Below are positions 62,276 through 64,000 of a DNA stretch of 64,000 bases, piece after piece. Each line of letters begins with the position of its first letter. Positions within the stretch are counted from its first letter, which is position 1. Location: positions 24,120,001 through 24,184,000 of the forward strand of contig CM052816.1 of assembly GCA_028534125.1 (NCBI GenBank). Direction: 5' to 3'. The translations under genes and the position numbers were made by a program. The notes below the pieces were generated by a model. That model searched no databases. It had not been told where the DNA came from and saw only the letters and a program-made list of their open reading frames with translations. The stretch is from Lama glama (taxonomy: Eukaryota).

Positions 62276-63937
62276 AGCATAAACATAAATCTTGTACAAT
62301 TATGATTTTTCTCATTAGGGTGATTATATGTCCCTTTTATCAGGGTTGCCACCTATTTCAAAAAGCCTACTAAAATAAATGTAGAAGCAAATCAGATACT
62401 GCACATTTCAGATAATAGTACAGTCAAAAAAAGAAGAGCAGATAATTGGAGACATACACAATTAGAACTCTCTTCAGATAAAGAAGTATCCCTAGTTAAT
62501 TAATGTTTGTCAAGCACTTAAAAATCATACAATTTAATATCCTAGACATTCCCACCTAAAGACTGGAAGACAAAACGGAGGGGGAGAGCAGCACAGACTG
62601 GTTCTGGGTCTGTCTTGCTCAGTTATTCATCAGATTTACCAAAGACAGGAGGAATAAAACCAGATGCACACAAAGTAGCTGAAGATAAATTTCCTTAAAA
62701 GCTATTGCTCTACCTCTATCTCTCATTTTTCTTCATGAGTGAATCGGGAATAATTCTTCAGAAAATCATTTCACAGGAGCAGTAACATCAGATCTTAATT
62801 ATTAATATCACGGTTTGTTATTTATTGAGCATCAAGAGTGCATTAGATGTTGCACAAAACAGAGATCGCTCCAAGTCGTAAATCAAGCTGATTCACTCAG
62901 AAATGTGGGTCTTTAGCCTTGTTTTTTGGGGGGAGTTGGTTGATGGGATTTTGGACAGTGAGCTGGATAATGAGATGCGGCCTGTCTTGGAGGGAAGTGT
63001 CTTTCTAGCACTTCGGTTTTATCATCCACCAAATAAAAGCAAAGCAGTTTCCTGAGAATTGAAGACTCCAAACTAGGGAGTGGACTTTTAAGGAAGTCAC
63101 GTCCAGTGGCCTCCGACTGGCCTCCAACCTTGGCTGAGCACTGGCCCATCTCAGTAAACTATCTGAGCACACATTCTGTTATTTTTATATATTCACTTAT
63201 ACATTACACATATACAATACTTTACCAATGTATTATAATCTTTAAAGCATACAAAATGAGAAAATGTTAAAAGGTAACATGAAGAACAAATGTTTTACAA
63301 TGTTTATTTTATTATATTTTATTGTTGTATTAATAGGAATAAAAAAGTCTTTGCTCTCACTAAAAAGATGTCTCTGTTGATAATATTTCTCTACTGAGAA
63401 TCATGAAATTGAATATGATTCATTATTTGTTTAAATCTTAGTATAATACATTGTGATACTGGGATATGAAATTTTGATGCAGCTTTAAAGGCTGCCACTA
63501 ATGAGAAAGATACTTCTCAAAAATACACCCATCCAAGTAGGGAAAAAACTGCATTGTTGGCTGGGCTTACTAAATTATGAAACTAATTTTTAATCTCATC
63601 TGCCAAGTATGTAAAAGTTTTTGTAGAAATTTGCTGCTTCTATTTCTCCTGCTCTATAGTTTATTCTCGTCAACAAATTAGAACTTACTGTAGTTTTATG
63701 TATTTAATAAATTAGTTCAAAATATACTGAAACTCTCCATTTTTAAATCAGTTTTGAAATTCTATTCCTAAGTTTTCTAAGTTTATGATGTTGTGGTGTT
63801 TAAAGCTTACACACTTATACTTTGGTTTTGCAACAAAAATGACATTAGTGATGGAAACATGTTAAGCCATTATTTTCAAATGCTTTCTCCAAAGCACAAG
63901 ATTCTTTCAAAAAGCAACTGATTTCTAAGAATAAATT

Positions 63938-64000
63938 AATGCCATTTGCAACAACATAGATGGAACTAGAGATCATCATTCTAAGTGAAGTCAGCCAGAA
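63938..64000 (+). mobile_element. Start of a 5'-truncated L1 (ORF2 C-terminus), continuing beyond the window
   Basis: aatgccatttgcaacaacatagatggaactagagatcatcattctaagtgaagtcagccagaa, homologous to 3867-3927. Confidence 0.9.

Noticed and set aside
63180..63930. AT-rich stretch resembling a minus-strand 3' UTR end
   Set aside because: Several tttatt hexamers, but these are expected at this AT content and no linked exon is visible

Overview
Mammalian nuclear DNA, CpG-poor with no CpG island, almost certainly from a camelid (alpaca, llama or camel). The lineage call rests on a tRNA-Ala-derived SINE resembling camelid Vic-1, young artiodactyl-type L1 3' ends, and no visible Alu, B1, Bov-A, PRE-1 or CAN SINEs. 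The window looks intergenic or intronic. About half is transposable-element debris: young and old L1, HAL1, L2, MIR, MaLR/ERVL LTRs, and hAT and Tigger DNA transposons. There are also several microsatellites and one 500-N assembly gap. I found no intact protein-coding gene. The only recognisable proteins in the ORF track are L1 ORF2p fragments, and the rest look like chance ORFs. I see no convincing new multi-gene system. The best leads are: (1) a tail-to-tail pair of identical young L1 pieces flanking the gap, inserted without a TSD into an older L1; (2) a polyadenylated non-TE retrocopy fragment splitting a HAL1 remnant; (3) a 116-bp dispersed direct duplication; (4) a chain of exon-like segments with disrupted frames in the first 5 kb; (5) several TE-free blocks with clustered TALE/HOX, AP-1 or CTCF motifs. 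Repeat subfamily names are from my recall of consensus sequences, and boundaries are approximate unless a TSD is quoted.
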